Under the pieces are notes generated by a model, which saw only the letters and a program-made list of their open reading frames with translations, was not told the origin of the DNA and did no database searches. A DNA stretch of 64,000 nt from Oscillospiraceae bacterium (GTDB lineage: Bacteria > Bacillota > Clostridia > Oscillospirales > Oscillospiraceae), in assembly GCA_902775985.1 (NCBI GenBank), contig CACYOR010000002.1, positions 21,139 to 85,138 on the forward strand. The letters are read 5' to 3'. Every line of letters starts with the position of its first letter. Position 1 is the stretch's first letter. Shown here one piece after another: positions 61,456-64,000 of this stretch. A program made the position numbers and the translations under genes.

Positions 61456-64000
61456 TTATTCGGTTCGCAGGGCTTCGACCGGATCCTTCTTGGCCGCCAG
61501 CCCCGAGGGGATCAGGCCGGCGATAAAGGTCAGCACCACGCTGATGATGACCAGTCCCACCCCGCCCACAGCGGGGAGCGTGGAATTGAGGACGAGGATC
61601 CCGGTCAGATCGTGGACGATGATGTTGATGGGGATGTTCAGCAGCAGGGTCATGCCGATGCCGATGGCCCCGGCGAAAAAGCCGATGATAAAGGTCTCCG
61701 CGTTGAAGACACGGGAGACATCCCGTTTGGAGGCGCCGATGGCGCGGAGGATGCCGATCTCCTTGGTGCGCTCCAGGACGCTGATATAGGTGATGATGCC
61801 AATCATGATGGAGGAGACCACCAGCGAAATGGCCACGAAAGCGATCAGCACGTAGCTGATGACCTTGATGATGGTGGTGATGGAACTCATCAGCAGCGCC
61901 ACCACGTCGGTATAGCTGATCTGATCCTCCTCATCCACGGTCTCGTTGTAGCGCTCGATCGCCTCACCGATGGCGTCCTTATTCTCGAAGGTGGAGGCAT
62001 AGATGTTGATAATACTGGGGCTGTCCAGATCCGCATAGCCCAGCTTTTTGAGCGTATCTTTCAGCGTACTGCTGGAGAACACCGGCGGCATGGCATTGTC
62101 ATAAACCCAGAGGTAGTCCTCATCGTCCATGTCCAGCAGTTCGAAATCCTTGGCGAGCTCTGCCTCCGGCACCTGCCGGTACAACTCCGCCATCTGAGCG
62201 GCGTACTGGGTCTTGATCTGATCGGTGACCATTTGCTTGATGTAGTTGAAGAGCATGTCGTCATCCATCTTGGAGAGCATGGAACTGTATTCCGGGTAAT
62301 TCTCCAGCACCATCTTCTCGATGTCCTCCCGGGTGGTGCCCTCCAGCTGTTCGTCCAGCAGCTCACTCAGATACTCGTCCGAAGGCTCGCTCATAAACTG
62401 GACGTAGATGTCCGCGATCGTCGCCGTGTCCGCCCCGGCCAGATAGTCCTTGGCGGCGTTGATCTTCTTGGTATTGGTCAGAGTCTCGTCCTCCCGATCC
62501 AGGAAGGGCAAACCGGTGAAGACCTCATGGGTCGGGTCCTGTAGCTGTTTTTTGACCAGCTCCTTCTCCGCCGTCTCCGTCAGGATATGCTCCACCAGTG
62601 CATGGGTATAGCCCACCGCGCCGGTCATGTTGGCGCTGACCGCGTCGTCATTCTGGCGGATCACGCCCACGATCTTCACTTCCAGACCGTTGTTGTACAG
62701 TGTGCGCAGGCCCAGCTCTTCCTCGCTCAGATCGATGTACTCCCCCGATTCCTCGTCCAGGCTGTATTTGTCGGCGGCGTAGACGTAGCGGAAGCTCATC
62801 TGGCAAATCTCTTCGTAGCTCCAGCTCTCCAGCTCCGTGTCCATGGCCTCGGCGGACATAAGCGCGTCCATGTTCTCGGCAATGGAGTCCGTTGCCTTGA
62901 GGCCCAGGGAGTAGAGCACCAGGTCGGAGATCTCGTTATTCTCATTGACGATCAGCACGACCTCATCAAAGCTGCGGGGCCAACGGCCATAGAGTACGTC
63001 GTACTGCTTTTCCAGAAGAGGATTAATGAGCTCCCCTTCCTCGCCGGGCAGCATCTCCTGCCAGATATCCAGCGTGGAGAACATCTGTCCATAGGTGGAA
63101 AAATAGCTGGTATAGTCGCCGCCGAAGGAGGCGGACATGGCCGTCTGCATGATCTGCACGGCGTCGGTCTTGCCGATATGGCCGTTCACGTCCTCGGCAT
63201 AGGGGGTCATATCCACATCGTAGGAGTACTGCACCGAGCTGAGATAGGGCGCGACCTCGCTGTCCTCCCGCTCCAGCCACTCCTTGAAGGCCCGCAGGTT
63301 GTTGGTCTCCGCGTCGGCCGTGACGAAGGAGTTGATCATGTCGTAGAGGACAGAGCTGGAATAGACTGCGTCCTTGTCGTGCTTTTTCTCCGCCGCCTCT
63401 GCCTGCACGCCCATGAGGGAGGTCATCATGCTGGTCATATCCACGGCCTCGGCCTGGATGGTGATGGGATAGCTGGAGAGCGTGTCCTCCTGCACCTTGT
63501 CGATGTAGTTCTGGATACCGTTGGAGAGGGACATAATCAGGGCGATGCCGATGATGCCGATGCTGCCGGCAAAGGCCGTGAGCAGCGTCCGGGCCTTTTT
63601 GGTCATCAAATTATTGGTGGAGAGCGCCAGGGCGGTAAAGAAGCCCATGGAGGTCTTTTTCTGCTTTTTTCCACGGACGGCTTCCTCGGTCACACCGGAA
63701 TCGTAGGGATCGCTGTCATCCACGATCAGGCCGTCCTTCAGGCGGATGATGCGGCTGGCATAGCCCTGGGCCAGATCCGGGTTGTGGGTGACCATGATGA
63801 TCAGCTTGTCCCGGGAGATCTCCTTCAGCAGATCCATGATCTGTACCGAGGTATCCGAGTCCAGGGCGCCGGTTGGCTCGTCGGCCAGCAGGATATCGGG
63901 GTTATTCACCAGGGCGCGGGCGATGGCCACGCGCTGCATCTGTCCGCCGGACATCTGGTTGGGTTTTTTGTAGAGCTGATCCCCCAGGCCCACCTTTTCC
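61456..64000 (-). CDS. MacB-type fused ABC ATPase + FtsX-like permease (5' end outside window)
   Basis: reading frame open to the window edge (...EKVGLGDQ...); MSGGQMQRVAIARAL, LLADEPTGALD, then TM1, about 500-aa extracytoplasmic domain and three C-terminal FtsX TM helices. Confidence 0.88.
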   Translation of the reverse strand, partial: EKVGLGDQLYKKPNQMSGGQMQRVAIARALVNNPDILLADEPTGALDSDTSVQIMDLLKEISRDKLIIMVTHNPDLAQGYASRIIRLKDGLIVDDSDPYDSGVTEEAVRGKKQKKTSMGFFTALALSTNNLMTKKARTLLTAFAGSIGIIGIALIMSLSNGIQNYIDKVQEDTLSSYPITIQAEAVDMTSMMTSLMGVQAEAAEKKHDKDAVYSSSVLYDMINSFVTADAETNNLRAFKEWLEREDSEVAPYLSSVQYSYDVDMTPYAEDVNGHIGKTDAVQIMQTAMSASFGGDYTSYFSTYGQMFSTLDIWQEMLPGEEGELINPLLEKQYDVLYGRWPRSFDEVVLIVNENNEISDLVLYSLGLKATDSIAENMDALMSAEAMDTELESWSYEEICQMSFRYVYAADKYSLDEESGEYIDLSEEELGLRTLYNNGLEVKIVGVIRQNDDAVSANMTGAVGYTHALVEHILTETAEKELVKKQLQDPTHEVFTGLPFLDREDETLTNTKKINAAKDYLAGADTATIADIYVQFMSEPSDEYLSELLDEQLEGTTREDIEKMVLENYPEYSSMLSKMDDDMLFNYIKQMVTDQIKTQYAAQMAELYRQVPEAELAKDFELLDMDDEDYLWVYDNAMPPVFSSSTLKDTLKKLGYADLDSPSIINIYASTFENKDAIGEAIERYNETVDEEDQISYTDVVALLMSSITTIIKVISYVLIAFVAISLVVSSIMIGIITYISVLERTKEIGILRAIGASKRDVSRVFNAETFIIGFFAGAIGIGMTLLLNIPINIIVHDLTGILVLNSTLPAVGGVGLVIISVVLTFIAGLIPSGLAAKKDPVEALRTE

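Overview
High-GC (about 60%) Firmicutes/Clostridia-type chromosome segment, Oscillospiraceae-like by gene content and codon style. All protein calls rest on motifs I recognise in the ORF translations, since no search could be run. The window is mostly ordinary core and accessory metabolism.

**Gene content, in order:**
- DUF3793 and flavodoxin.
- Two paralogous Fe(III)/polyamine-type ABC importer operons that share a nearly identical promoter/leader module.
- A HAD hydrolase and an FMN-dependent alpha-hydroxy-acid oxidase.
- A GT-C / GtrB-like GT2 / GtrA envelope-glycosylation trio.
- A divergent corrinoid methyl-transfer cluster: RACE-type activator, zinc homocysteine-S-methyltransferase-family protein, DUF2284, and a UroD-like::B12-binding fusion.
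- A 0.65 kb AT-rich non-coding island, then a lipoprotein, XRE and DUF937.
- galM and gdhA.
- A lipoprotein / zinc-ribbon / TPM operon, tRNA-Gly(CCC), and thiamine diphosphokinase.
- XRE plus a membrane protein, a GH13 amylase, and an AbgB-like M20 hydrolase behind an amino-acid ABC importer.
- A znuABC-like metal importer and a LOG-family protein.
- The conserved recJ-relA-dtd-MBL block, a nucleotidyltransferase with galE, and NusG_II / Gx transporter / PrsW.
- A 4x LysM wall protein, yfcE, and a signal-less DUF11 protein.
- An M13 (PepO) peptidase, tRNA-Pro(CGG), XRE, and an orphan LytTR regulator.
- HypA-like protein plus a CDF exporter, a class-II UvrA paralog, and a partial MacB-type ABC/FtsX fusion at the window edge.

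No rRNA, CRISPR array, transposase, integrase or recognisable defence genes were seen.

**Most unusual signal (non-coding).** Both tRNA genes are followed by homologous elements of about 120-130 nt, at 28257-28386 and 55367-55505, plus a decayed tandem copy at 55258-55335. The interior of three perfect hairpins is conserved with compensatory changes. The closing helix is made from the T-arm/acceptor sequence of whichever tRNA is adjacent. I do not recognise it as a known RNA or repeat family.

**Other items worth a second look:**
- The MetH-like split corrinoid system.
- The shared promoter/operator of the two ABC operons.
- A strand-specific orphan terminator, with a mini-ORF, in the AT-rich island.
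- Three 23-nt-phased direct repeats at 50236-50292.
- A palindromic direct-repeat pair bracketing a hairpin cluster at 52821-53038.
- An intrinsic terminator abutting the Shine-Dalgarno sequence of the M20 hydrolase.
- The HypA-like/CDF pairing.
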